Source of the DNA: Caecitellus pseudoparvulus
Lineage: Eukaryota > Protista > Bigyra: Bicosoecida
Assembly (NCBI GenBank): GCA_965644315.1
Contig: CBFFRQ010000179.1
Coordinates: 1-64,000 of the forward strand
DNA length: 64,000 bases
Direction of reading: 5' to 3'
A program made the translations under genes and the position numbers. Below are positions 25,052 to 36,193 of this stretch, piece after piece (positions within the stretch are counted from its first letter, which is position 1; every line of letters starts with the position of its first letter). The notes under the pieces are model-generated. The model saw nothing but the letters and a program-made list of their open reading frames with translations. It searched no databases and was not told where the DNA came from.

Positions 25052-28000
25052 ATGGACTCATCTGCGTTTCGTGCCGCTTTGGAGGCGGAGGACCCATCGG
25101 CAGAGGCGGTGGTGGAGGGCGCGCTGCACCTGGCAGCGGCTGGTCCCAAGTCCTTTCGTGCGCTGTCCGACGCCGTGCAAGACACGCTGCGGGACAGCCG
25201 CCGGGATGCAGCACGCATCATTGCCCTGGGTGACTGCCTGCTCCAGGTCCGTGCCTCTGTCCCGCGCCGTGGGGTGCGGTGCCGCCCACACACCCACCTT
25301 CCCTCACCCCACGCCCTCGGCAGGTGGTGACGACGCTGCTGGACGGCGACCAGGACCGCGTGCTGTGCGGTCGCGCGCTGCTCAAGGGCACCACACAGCA
25401 CCGCATCAACCACGCATCAGCATGGCCCCCCGCCGCCACCTCCGCAGCAGCCTTGACCTGGGCAACGGACCGAGGGCTGGCCACACCCCCCTCGCTGCTG
25501 CTGCCCTTTTGCCAGGCGTTTCTGCGCAGCAGCGAGCCTGGGCTGCCTGCCGCGTTGCTCGCCATGTGTCGACCTTGGGTGGAGCATTTGCTCGCGCCCG
25601 AGTCCGCAGCAGAGGCGGCAGGGGGGGTGGACGTGTTGGACGAGGGGGGGGTGTTGGCGGCGTTGGACTGGGGCGTCGCTGCCGCCAAGACCAGGCCAGC
25701 CATCGGCAAGCAAGTTAGTCCCCTGGCGCAACTGCTGCTGTTTGGCGGCCCCGCAGCGGTGTGTGTGGGGGCTGGGCCTGGTGCGCTGGGGGTTGCGCCA
25801 GCGCTGTGGCTGTGTGGCGCGCTGCTGCGGCTGAAACTGTGGGCCAATTTGGAGGAGATTGTGGCGGCGGCGTGGCGCAACGATGCGGATGCCTGTCGCA
25901 CAGTGTTCGACTGCCTCTTGGCCCGCATCAAGCGCGCCCATGCGGCGAAAATCGTGGACCGCATTTCGCGCGCGCGATCTGGCGCCCTGGCTCGTGCGTT
26001 GACGGCAGGCGCAGCGGGTGTGGAGGAGGGGGGGGAGGAGGGGGCCCGGACTGTGCGAGCTGGGATCGCGGAAGTGACGGCCTCCACGTCGACGAGCGAC
26101 CCCGCTCTGGGGCGCAGCGCGCGAAACGCAGCAGAGCAGGCGGCGGCAGGGCAGGGCAAGCTGCGTCTGGCCACGGGCAAGGGCCGCACGTGGTCCAAGT
26201 TGCCACGGGGCACGGGGTTGCTGCACGGCGGGCGGCAGCTGCTGGCGGAGGAGGCACAACACATGGATTCGTTCGGGCCAAAATTCGCGCCGCGGCACAG
26301 CTTAGTGCGCCCCGGTGCCGTGCCGGCGACGGACGCCATCCGCTCCGCCATGCCCAGCCAGTGGACGAGGGTGGGCAAGAGTGTCGGGCGTATGCTCAAA
26401 GCTGGGGATGTGCAGGGCGCCACATCCGCTGCGGACACGGCCAGTGCGCGGCAGCCGTACGGCAGCACTGCGGAGACGCTGCGCACGAAAATGGGGGCGC
26501 GGGCGGTGGTGGACGGGGACGACGACGACCCGTCGGTGCTTGCGACCAGCATCGTCGCTGCGAACATCGCACTGGAGCCCGTGCTGCGCAAAGTGCCGCG
26601 GCACCAGCACCGCAGCCTACTGACACTCGCTCTGGAGGGACAACGCCAACTCGCCACCTCTGAGGCCGCCCCAGCGCTGACCGCCGCCGTCGCATACGCC
26701 GGCAATTCCCTCGCACTGCAGTGCTTGCTTGCCCGCACCCTGGCGGAGCAGGGCGACCTGGCCCGGGCCCTGACGCTGGCCGATGCATGGCAGCTGGGGG
26801 AGAGGTATGCCTTCGCCTGCGAAGCTGCCCCCCCTTCGCCGGACAGTCCGTACACTGCCCGGTGGCTGCAGGAAAAGGCAGCGCCGCCCACGCCCACTGT
26901 GGCGCAGCAGCCAGAAGCTACGCCCCGCCAAGCAGCATTGGACGACGGCGCTCTGCACGCGACAGCAGCCCTGAGGCTGCCCTTCCCGCCCATGGCACGG
27001 GCAGGCAAGGGCGGACCCACCCTGTCGTCCCACATGACGTTCTACGCGAGTGCGGCGGATTTGCTGTCAGGCGTGTCGGTTTCTGGCCTGGGCCAGCTGG
27101 CTTCGGCCGGCGACCGACCCGACGGAGTGGTCATTCCCGCTGGCAGCATGCCTGTGGCAATGGTGGCAGACGCAGATGACTTGGCGGCACTAAACGGCTA
27201 CCTGGCCCACTGTGCCTCGGCGGCGGCAGCCAGTGGTGTGCTACTGCCCATAGGCGTGGATGTGGAGTGGCGCCCTTCCAAGCTGTTCGACGCAGCCATG
27301 CCGCCGCTGCCCAAAACCGCCCACCCAGACCTGCCCGCCGTATATCAGGCGCTGGCGCACACGTCCAGCCTGCGCTTCCCAGCCTCCACGTTGCAGCTGG
27401 CCACGCCGCATGTCGGCTTCATCGTGGACCTCCTGGCCCTTGCGCGGTGCGCGCCCGCTGCAGATGTGCGGGCGGTGCTGGGCGACGCCTGCTTCCACAG
27501 CCCACACCTGCTGAAACTGGGCTTTGGGCTAGCCGGCGACCTGGCAAAACTGGCAGGCTCCCTGCCTGCACTGCAGGATGCCTGTCGCACGGCAGTTGCC
27601 TGTGTGGACCTGTCAGAGGTGTTCGTCGCACACGCCGCACGGCGGGGCGGCAGCTGCGACCTGCCCACCCTGCCGCCGTCGGCGCTGACCAGCGACCTGC
27701 GGTCCCTCGCCATCGCCTGCCAGGACATCCTCGGTGTGGGGCTGGACAAGCAGCAGCAAGTCAGCGATTGGCAGGTGCGTCCGCTGACCCTGGAGCAGCG
27801 GCGGTACGGCATCATGGACGCGTACTGCCTGTTGGCGCTGTTCGCAGCGACCACGCAGCCCACCGAGGGGTCAGGCGCGGCGCTGGCGCGTGGCGTGGAG
27901 CCGTCGGGCACCTGGTGGGAGGGCGCAGTTGTGAGTGTGGACGTGGCGGAGGCCGAGCTGGCCAAACACGCCATCATCTCCGCCGCACTGCCACCTATTC

Positions 28001-29280
28001 TGGCGGAGGTGGCACCTGGCACCGCCGCGCTCGCAGGTGCCATGGAAGCAGAAATACTAGCGCTGTGCCGCACGCCACTGCCAGTCCCGGGCGAGGACTC
28101 AGCGTACGCGGGCCCAGAGGACCTACAGGGCGCCCTGACCGCCCATGGTTTCTCCCCAGCCCGCGTGCTTGAAATCGACGACTGTGCGACGGCGGAGGAC
28201 GCGGCGGCGGCGCTGGGCGTGCCGCCTGGGCGCATTGTGAAGTCCCTGGCGTACATGGTGCAGGGCAAGGTGCCTGTCATTGTCATCATGCCGGGGGGGG
28301 CGCGTGTCAGTGCCGGTTTGCTGGCCGCCGCGCTGGGCGGCGTGTCCAAGCGCAAGGTGAAGCTGGCGACGCCTGCGCAGTGCCGGGATGCGTTTGGGTA
28401 CAGTCCAGGTACTTTCCCGCCTTTTGCGCACCGTGAGGGTGTGCGGGTGTTCATTGAAGCCAGCACGCCCCGCACAGGGCAGTTGTACGGTGGCGGGGGT
28501 TCGCTGCAGCACTGTGTGGCGCTGCGCTTCGAGGAGCTGCTTCAGCTGAGCGGCGGCAGCATCGCGGAGCTGAAGCGGGATGGCGTCCAGGATGCACCCG
28601 ACCCCGTGCACGCCCCGATCAGCCCCCCAGTTGCCCCACCCGCGGCAGGGGCTGGGTCTGCTGCCGCGCCACCTCCGCCGTCTGACGGCCCGTCCACCCC
28701 CCCAGACAGCCTCCCAAAGCTGGTACCACTGGAGAGCTTGTTTCAGCCCCCTCGGTTCCTGTGCGATGCCATGGTGGCGCGTCTTGTGCGGTGGCTGCGT
28801 GTGGTGGGCGTGGACGCGCTCATGACTCGCAAGGAGGAGTCACGCGAGGTCACTGCGTTGCGGGCTGTGCGGGAGGGGCGAGTCGTGCTGACACGGGACC
28901 GCAAAGTGCTGGAGGGCTCCACAGTGGTGCCTTGCCTCCTCCTGCCCAGCAACAGCACCCACGAGCAGTTCCAGCTGGTGGCAGAGCACTTCGGCATCTC
29001 GGTGACATCAGCGGACCTCATGTCCCGCTGCTCCAAGTGCAACAACAAGGGCTTCCGCTTGCTGGACGCAGAGGCAGCCGCCGCCACGTCAGCCAACGTG
29101 CCTGCCAAGGTGCTGGAAGTGGTGGAGGAGTACTGGCAGTGCACGAACTCGGCGTGTGGGAAGGTGTATTGGGAAGGCCCCAAGTTCTTTGAGACCCGCG
29201 ACAAGTGGAGCTCCATGCTGGCTCAGGAGGGCGACGGGCCGGCGCCGGGGGAAGGCAGTCCGGACCAGGACGCCCCTTGA
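25052..29280 (+). CDS. EXD3: Mut-7/EXD3-like 3'-5' exoribonuclease: DEDDy domain + YbaK/ProX domain + Mut7-C (PIN-like, Zn ribbon); intron 25247-25323
   Basis: ExoI GVDVEW, LQLAT, KLGFGLAGDL, LDK.QQ.SDW..RPLT.EQ..Y...DAY. YbaK-type TAEDAAAALGV....IVKSL and GY.PG..PPF. Mut7-C FLCDAM..RL.RWLR..GVD, RVVLTRD, SRCSKCN, C....CGKVYWEG. Confidence 0.88.
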
Positions 29281-29846
29281 TCAGGCGTCGGCGGCAGCGG
29301 CAGCGGCAGCAGCTGTGGCACTGCTGGGCGTGGCGGCGGGGGCGGCTTCCTTCACCGCCGCCCAGACGAAGAAGGGCGGGAGCCCGGGGATGAAGCCGGC
29401 CTTTTTGGAGCCGTCCCCCAGCCAGGTAGCCTTGATGGCGGGCAGCTCCTTGCTGAAGAATTTATCGTAGTGCGCCGTCAGCGTGTCCGCCATCTCCTTG
29501 GCCTTGTCCTGCTTCTTCGTCTCGTACAGCACCAGCAGCTTGGTGAAGGGGGCGTGCTCGCTGCTGCCGTCGGGGCCGTACACGTCCTCCCACGCGTCTG
29601 CCGGGCGCTTGCCGTGCCCGATGAGGAAGGAGGACTTGGCCTGCACCACCTCCTTGCTCAAGGACAGCTTCAAGTTGGTCACTGCGCCAGGGCGTGCCGA
29701 GAGCGGAGTGTGCAACTGCGGAAATTGCGACACACCACGCCGACGGCGCCGAGCCTCGGCGGGTGGCGCGCCTCACCATCCGTCTTGAAGTTCCGGGTGG
29801 CCTTCACCTTCAGGCTCTCGTCAATGACCTTCGTCTTGGACGCCAT
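29281..29846 (-). CDS. Hypothetical ~156 aa protein; intron 29776-29682
   Basis: MASKTKVIDESLKVKATRNFKTD|VTNLKLSL...; strong GC3 codon bias; phase-1 GT-AG intron restores the frame. Confidence 0.75.
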
Positions 29847-30164
29847 GTTCGGCACGAGGCTGCGTCGGGCAGGAGGAGCCGACTCGGCGTGATGCCGGAC
29901 TTCGCTTTCAAGTCGCCTGCGGGACAGTTGCGTTGTGGCTGCAAAACCGTTGCAAGGGCAAGCGCTTCACCGTGTATTCGCGGTGTTAGGTTTTTGAGCT
30001 TTTGCTGGTCATAGTTGTCATCCACCCTGCCCCCGAGCCTGGCCACTGCACTGCGAGGCTGCGCCAGCCGTCACGCAGGTCTCACAGCCAACCGTGCTGA
30101 CATCGCGTTGATTGCAGCGGAGCTGCTGTGCTCGAGAAAGGCAAGGAGAGGGTAAAAAACAACC

Positions 30165-33086
30165 ATGTGTGCCCTACGATCGCACACTGTCGCTGTGGCT
30201 CTGACCATTGCCGTGTCGTGGCTTTCCGGAGGAAAGAGTGCGGAAATTCCCCACGGCTTCTCTCACACTAGCGCAGCGGCAGACCTGACCATTCACGCCG
30301 ATGGCGCGGCGAGTCGGGTGCATGTTGGGCCTACTTCCGAGATGCATGTTTTCATCGACGTTGGCGCGGGTGCGACGACCTCTGTGCTGGTCCAGGTCTC
30401 GTCAGACAACAATCGCCTGGCTTCGTTCGGCGAAGTGGGAAGCCAGGCGCCTCAATCCTGGCCCGGCGCCTCCTCCTTCACATGGAGCATCCCAGTGCAC
30501 TCGGGCCTGGAGCACATGCTGGCCGAGGGCGTGCCGGCGGGCCAAGGTGTCCTGGTCACGCTGGCCACCCCCGGGGCCGCTGACAATGTCACGCTGCGAG
30601 CGAGCACGCTGGGCGCCGCGAACCCGCTGCCGCTGGAGGCAGGGCAGGTGACGCTGGGCCTAGCCGGCACTGCTCAGCAGCAAAGCTTCGTGTGGACTGT
30701 CGGGCGCAATGCCACGGGCGTGTCGCTGGCCTGGGCTGGCCTGGCGACGGCAGTGCCCATCGGCATGTACGCGACCACGCAGTGGAACGGCTCAGTTTCC
30801 ACGCTGCCTGGGCCCGCCCACAGCGGGGAGGCTTGCTACTGGAGCATTACGGACGGCACGCAGTGGCTGCGCATCGCACCCTGGAACCCTTGCCTGCAGG
30901 GTGCTAGCCCTCGCATCGTCATCACAGCCATTCCTCTAGTCCTGCCAGCGCCGACAGACCTGGTGCCGTGGTCGCTGGTCGCATGGCGCCAGGATCAGGC
31001 TGTGCGCGGGACCTGGGGCCGCCCCACTCTGGGCCTGCCCACCTGGACTGCGTCGGGCTTCGTCGGCTTCACCGGCAACGCCACCAAGGTGTCCTACCAC
31101 CTGCCCCGTCTGCAGAGCATTTCCGCAGCGCTGGCGGGCGGTCCGGGGCGCAGCTTGCCCTCGATGAACCTGTTGTCGCCTGGCCTGGCTCCAGAGGACA
31201 TGAGTAGCGCCCAGTGGGAGTCTGGCACGAACATCGGCCTGGCTTCCCCCGTGTCGTACGGCCTGGACCGTTTCAACATTTTCGTGCCGGGCGAAGCGCC
31301 GTGCAAGAGCGCCCAGACGCGTTTCGGCTTCTCCACCTGCAACAGCACACAAGGCGCATGGGCGACAGGGGACTGGCTGGTCATGCTGTCCTCCACGCAG
31401 TTCAACGGCGCCGTCCCCTTCTCCTCCTGGCGCGAGCAGCCCTCCACGCCCGTCATGCTGACGCTGGGACAGCACTTGGCGCCCCCCGTGAACCACCCCA
31501 CAACCGTCGCGCCGGTGCACTTCCAGCCCACCTGCAGCGCCTGGACTGACGCTGGCACGTGCTCTGCGCCTGGACCCGGCAGCATGGCACTGGGACGCGT
31601 CGCTCTCACTGTCTCCGCGGCCGCTTGGGGACTGGCCGGGTCGCCTGACTCGGACAACGTGCCGCTCAGCGTGTCCCTGCGTGGAGCGTCGTTTAGCGGG
31701 GTGCAGACAGAGCTAGGCCACTCCAACGTGTTTGTGGAGGTGTTCGTGTCGGTGTGCAGCTCTGCGCCGGGTCCACAGAAGTGCACCGCCGCCCACGCCT
31801 GGCCCAGCAACGTGAACGTGTCGGTGGTTTCGCACCAGTTGAACTTCCGCCCCTTCAAGGACGGCGGCGACGCCAACATCCCCCTGACCCTGCCACGCAG
31901 TGCCTGTGCCGCTGAAACCGGCCACTGTGTCGTGTATGTCACTGCACGCCACATGGGCACGGGCGGGAACTGTGGACAGTGCGCGAACGGCATGGGGTTG
32001 GAGGTGGCACTGGGCGGACCGCTGGCCAGGCCCCTGCGTGCGTCAGACTGCCTGAACCCCAACACAGCCTGCACCCTGGCCCCTCTGGACCTGCCGACAG
32101 GGCCCCATGGCGCGGCAGTGACGTTGCCGCCTCAGACTGGGTTTGGCGTGGACGAGGCTGACATTGCCGTGCACGTGGAGGTGTGCCGTGGAAACGCCTC
32201 GCTGTTCCTGTGCTCAGCGGCGGATGGGGCCTGTTCTCCAGGTGTCTTCCAGCGCCCTTGGGCCGGGCAAACACCCGCCCTGGTGGTGAATGCCACGCTG
32301 CCTACCCCAGGCTCGGAGCAGGGGGGTACTGTGGGGCGTTTCTCATTTCCCCGCAGCTCCGGCGGCGTGGTGATCGGAGGCCAAAGCACGGGCGCGGGCG
32401 CAGCATCGGTGCAGATTGTGCTGCGAGATGATGCCCCTGCCTCTGCCCCCCTGGAGTTCAGAAGCGAGTCTGCGCGGCGTGTGCGTGTCTCCGGCATCGC
32501 CAACACACAACGTGGGCGGTCCATTGTCAGCTTTGCGTGTCAGTACGACGTGCAAGTCTCCGGCATCGGCTCCACGCGCCTGTACATGTACCGCTGGGAA
32601 GACGTGCGGGCGGATGACGTGCTGACCACTGGCTGTGGCTTCCGGGCGGCCTGGAACAGCCACCTGTGGCGCAACGGCGCCTGGTCCGCGGGCTCGAACA
32701 GTTTCGTGTGCGGCACATCCACGCAGTCAGTGGAGGTGGTGGGCGCGCTGCAGCGAGGCGTGCAGTACGGCGCCACTGTCGTGACGACCTGCGGCGCCGG
32801 CACGGCTTGCAGCACCTCCCAGCAGGCCCTGCAGCGGGCCGTGTCTCTGCCTGCCTTGTACACTTGGCCGCTGCCGTCCGCGTCGCCAGCCCCGCCTGCC
32901 AAGCTGAAGCCCCGCAAGTCCACCATTGGGGCAGGGGGCATTGTGGGCGTCACCTTCGGCATCATCGGCATGTGTGCCATGATGGGCTTCGTCCTGGGGT
33001 GGCTGTCGCGCACCAAGCGGTCGTCGGGTGCAGCGAGCGCAGACGCCCCTCGTGCGCCTCTGTTGGCGCAGGGCAGTGGGGTGTAG
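30165..33086 (+). CDS. Type I membrane/surface protein of unknown function (signal peptide, Cys-containing beta-rich ectodomain, C-terminal TM)
   Basis: 973-aa ORF; hydrophobic N-terminus; TM GGIVGVTFGIIGMCAMMGFVLGWL followed by a basic segment. Confidence 0.8.
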   Translation: MCALRSHTVAVALTIAVSWLSGGKSAEIPHGFSHTSAAADLTIHADGAASRVHVGPTSEMHVFIDVGAGATTSVLVQVSSDNNRLASFGEVGSQAPQSWPGASSFTWSIPVHSGLEHMLAEGVPAGQGVLVTLATPGAADNVTLRASTLGAANPLPLEAGQVTLGLAGTAQQQSFVWTVGRNATGVSLAWAGLATAVPIGMYATTQWNGSVSTLPGPAHSGEACYWSITDGTQWLRIAPWNPCLQGASPRIVITAIPLVLPAPTDLVPWSLVAWRQDQAVRGTWGRPTLGLPTWTASGFVGFTGNATKVSYHLPRLQSISAALAGGPGRSLPSMNLLSPGLAPEDMSSAQWESGTNIGLASPVSYGLDRFNIFVPGEAPCKSAQTRFGFSTCNSTQGAWATGDWLVMLSSTQFNGAVPFSSWREQPSTPVMLTLGQHLAPPVNHPTTVAPVHFQPTCSAWTDAGTCSAPGPGSMALGRVALTVSAAAWGLAGSPDSDNVPLSVSLRGASFSGVQTELGHSNVFVEVFVSVCSSAPGPQKCTAAHAWPSNVNVSVVSHQLNFRPFKDGGDANIPLTLPRSACAAETGHCVVYVTARHMGTGGNCGQCANGMGLEVALGGPLARPLRASDCLNPNTACTLAPLDLPTGPHGAAVTLPPQTGFGVDEADIAVHVEVCRGNASLFLCSAADGACSPGVFQRPWAGQTPALVVNATLPTPGSEQGGTVGRFSFPRSSGGVVIGGQSTGAGAASVQIVLRDDAPASAPLEFRSESARRVRVSGIANTQRGRSIVSFACQYDVQVSGIGSTRLYMYRWEDVRADDVLTTGCGFRAAWNSHLWRNGAWSAGSNSFVCGTSTQSVEVVGALQRGVQYGATVVTTCGAGTACSTSQQALQRAVSLPALYTWPLPSASPAPPAKLKPRKSTIGAGGIVGVTFGIIGMCAMMGFVLGWLSRTKRSSGAASADAPRAPLLAQGSGV

Positions 33087-33220
33087 GGTGAGCATTGCGG
33101 CGCCCTCAAAATGAACAGCGCAACAATGTCAGTGAGGCGGCACTTGATCACGTGTATCTAGTTCGGTGATTCCTGTTCCCAGCCTTGAGGCTTTGGCGTG
33201 GTGGCAGTGCGGTTTTTGCC

Positions 33221-33571
33221 ATGGCAGCGGGCGGCGAAATACTGCTTCGTGCACCGCAGCAGGAGGCCTCCTCGGGGCTGCTGCAGCCCAGACACGTGGT
33301 GGGTGGCATCCTCATCGGGGGCATCGCCGCCGTCGTGGGTTGGAAAGCCTGGGACGTCTACGACACGTACCAGCTGGGCCTGGCTGAGAAAGCCAAGCGC
33401 GCTGCGGCTGCCAGGGAGCACCGCGAGAAGACCATCTCGCGCGCGAAGAAAGCCGCCACGGCAGGTGCAGCCTTTGCTCTGGCCGTGGGCGTGTGGGTTG
33501 CGGCCAGGCGTATTTCCGCTGGCGTGGAGTCGCTCCTGTCCAGTTCGCAGGCCAAGCGGGCCACTGCCTGA
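33221..33571 (+). CDS. Small two-TM hypothetical protein
   Basis: Two hydrophobic segments flanking a charged helix; coding-like codon usage. Confidence 0.55.
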   Translation: MAAGGEILLRAPQQEASSGLLQPRHVVGGILIGGIAAVVGWKAWDVYDTYQLGLAEKAKRAAAAREHREKTISRAKKAATAGAAFALAVGVWVAARRISAGVESLLSSSQAKRATA

Positions 33572-33820
33572 AGCGCCGGGCGTGCCGCAGCTCATGCAGG
33601 GGGATGCTCGGTCACTCCCCCCCAGATGTCGCTCTGCAGGCAGCAGGTGCCGCACAAGCTGCACATATCTGCTAGGCCTGGTGGTGCGCTTGGTTGCTGC
33701 ATAGCTTGCAAGCATTGCAGCAGCTACCGATATGCCAAAAATGCACTGCTAACACCACAGCAGGGGCGACGCTGTGCTCTGTGCGGAATCCCGTGTGGCT
33801 CTGCATGCTCAGCACACTCG

Positions 33821-35263
33821 ATGGCTGCGGAGGCGCCGTCAGTGCCGGCGACGCAGGGCGAGAGCACGCCTGCCGTGCAGTGGTGGCGTGCTGGGCCCGA
33901 CGGGCAGCAGGTGGGGCCGCTGACGGAGAGTGCTTTGCAGGCTGAACGGGAGGCAGGGGCGATTTCCGACGACACGCTTGTGTGGCATGCTGGCTTGCCT
34001 GGCTGGATGCCGTTGAAACAAGCCTTGGGCGGGGCAGGGGAGGCCGCTGCTGCGGGCGGTGCAAATTCCGCAGATGTGAAGGAGAATTGGTTCTATGCAG
34101 GCGCCGAAGGGGCGCGGTGTGGCCCCGTGCCCCGGCGACAGTTCATGCAGCTGGCCAAGAGCGGCGCTGTGCATGCCGGCACTCTGGTGTGGCACGCCTC
34201 GCTGCCTGAGTGGCTGCCCCTGTCCACCGTGCCTGAGCTGAGCAGCCTACTGGAAGCGGCTGCGGCGGCCGAGGCAGCGGCAGCCAAGCCGCCCCCCGCT
34301 GCCAAGGCCGCCAAGGGCAAGGCAGGCACAGGGCCGGGCCAGGGCGCCCGCAAGCGGCCGCGTGGAGACGCCCCAGGTTGCCTGTACATCAGCGGGTTGC
34401 CGGGAGATGTGTCTGAGGGCGAGCTGGCAGCCTTCGTGAAGGCCGTAGGCATCGTGCGGCAGAACCCCCTCACGGAGCAGCTGTGCATCAAGGTGTACCG
34501 GGACGAGGAAGCCCCCGGCCGCCCCTGCAAGGGTGACGCCGTGGTGCAGTTCCTGCGGCAGCCCTCTGTGACACTCGCCATCACGCTGCTGGACGGCAAG
34601 TCGCTGCGAGAGGGGGGGGCACCCCTGGCCCTGCAGCCCGCCTCGTCCACCCCCGCCGCCTTCAACGCTGGCACAGCAGGGGGTGGCGGCAAGCGGCCTC
34701 GTCTCTCTGAGCGCGAGCGGCAGATCTTAGCGGTGCGGGGGCGTGAGCAAGACGCACAGTTGTCCTGGTCGCACCAGGGCGAGTACGACCGCAGCACGGG
34801 CGGGTACAAAATGGTCATCATCAGCGGCATGTTCAGCGTGCCATCACCCCCCCCTGACCTGCCTGGGCCGTGGGTGGCCGAGTTGGCGGAGGAGGTGCGG
34901 GGCGAATGTGAGGCCAAGTGTGGGAAAGTGGACAAGGTGCGTGTATTCTGGAGCAACCCCGACGGCTGCGTGTTGGTGAAGTTCCTGCACGGCGGCGCCG
35001 CCAGCGAGTGCCTGCGTCTCATGTCCGGACGTCTCTTCGACGGGCGCACCCTGAAGTGCATCCTGTTCGACGGTGTGACGGACTACAGAGGCCCTGCTGA
35101 GCGGGCGGCTGGCAAAGCGGCCAAGGCCATCGTCAAGGGCGAAGCGACAGCGCCCTCTGCAGCTGCTGTGCTGGACACAGCTGCCGGCGACGGTGGCGAG
35201 GAGGAAAGGGGTGGTGACAGCTTCGGCAAGTGGCTGGAGGAGGGCGGCGGCGAGAAGTGGTGA
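33821..35263 (+). CDS. HTATSF1: HTATSF1/Cus2-like U2 snRNP splicing factor with two N-terminal GYF_2-like domains, RRM and UHM
   Basis: W..G.DGQQ.GP...TLVWHAGL..W twice; LYISGLP.DV...G.....P......IK.Y; KGDA; EEVRGECEAKCGKV..V, GRLFDGR. Confidence 0.88.
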   Translation: MAAEAPSVPATQGESTPAVQWWRAGPDGQQVGPLTESALQAEREAGAISDDTLVWHAGLPGWMPLKQALGGAGEAAAAGGANSADVKENWFYAGAEGARCGPVPRRQFMQLAKSGAVHAGTLVWHASLPEWLPLSTVPELSSLLEAAAAAEAAAAKPPPAAKAAKGKAGTGPGQGARKRPRGDAPGCLYISGLPGDVSEGELAAFVKAVGIVRQNPLTEQLCIKVYRDEEAPGRPCKGDAVVQFLRQPSVTLAITLLDGKSLREGGAPLALQPASSTPAAFNAGTAGGGGKRPRLSERERQILAVRGREQDAQLSWSHQGEYDRSTGGYKMVIISGMFSVPSPPPDLPGPWVAELAEEVRGECEAKCGKVDKVRVFWSNPDGCVLVKFLHGGAASECLRLMSGRLFDGRTLKCILFDGVTDYRGPAERAAGKAAKAIVKGEATAPSAAAVLDTAAGDGGEEERGGDSFGKWLEEGGGEKW

Positions 35264-35330
35264 GGCACGCGGCCACGCTGGCCCACAGCCCTCTGCAGGG
35301 CGGCGTACACTGCAGCACTGCCCTGCAGAC

Positions 35331-35989
35331 TCAGTACAGCCCGCCACCCGCTGGCAGCAGCGCCTCTCCCCCCCCTCGGCCGCCTGCTCCGGGCTGCACG
35401 TAGTGGGGCTTTTGCCCCACAGCGCCAGCTTCAGGGGCGCCGATGGGCTGCCAGTAGTTCACGCCATCGTCCAGGATGGTGGCGTCGTGGTCCAGTTGCT
35501 GCTGGTTGAACACTGCCTCGTTGTAGTCCTGTGGCGCAGTGGTGGGGGTGGCAATGGGAGTGCAATAGTGTGTGGCTGTGTGCAGTGCAAGGAGCGCAGA
35601 CGCACCTGGCACATCTGGCTGAGGTTGATGCCGTCCACAATCCACCCGATGACGAAGAAGCCCAGGGTGAAGGTCCACAGCAGGCCGCCCTTCCAGTCGC
35701 CCAGGTAGTACCTCTGCACACCAGCGAGGGCGAGGGGGGGCAGGTGCGTGCGCCGCGCACACAGCGCTGCACGGCAGGCTGCAACACACATGGGCACCCA
35801 GAATGCCTGCGGAGAGGGAGTGCCAGGCCGTGTCGGGTGTGCTGGGGTGGCGCGGGAAGCCGCCAAGCTGGCGAGTTGGTTTGTCGCCCAGCAAAGGCAG
35901 TGCACCAGGGTGCGCTGCTCATCGCGCCACGCACCAAAGGGGAACCAACACAAGTATGCACACGTCACATTCACGTAGGAATACTTCAT
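35331..35989 (-). CDS. TM2-domain protein (three exons)
   Basis: AYLCWFPFG..G.QRYYLG..KGGLLW.FTLG.F.IGWIVD is the TM2 signature. Confidence 0.8.
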
Positions 35990-36193
35990 CCTGCCTGACT
36001 TGCCCTGGATCAAGCTCTGCCTGCTGGCGAGGGTGGCATGCGCCTGCCTGGCTCAGCGCGGAGATTCACTGGCGTGAGAAGCAGCGTTGCAGCGGTGCTT
36101 GCGAGCGATCGCAGCAGACAGCGAGCACGGAGGGTGTGCGTTGTGCAGTGTACAAGGACATTCTAATGTGCGCCCGCTGCTGCATTGCCGGCG

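Noticed and set aside
33821-34260. GYF_2 domains on HTATSF1 as a novel fusion
   Set aside because: GYF_2 plus RRM architecture is, to my recollection, already known in plant Tat-SF1 homologs; only the duplication is mildly unusual
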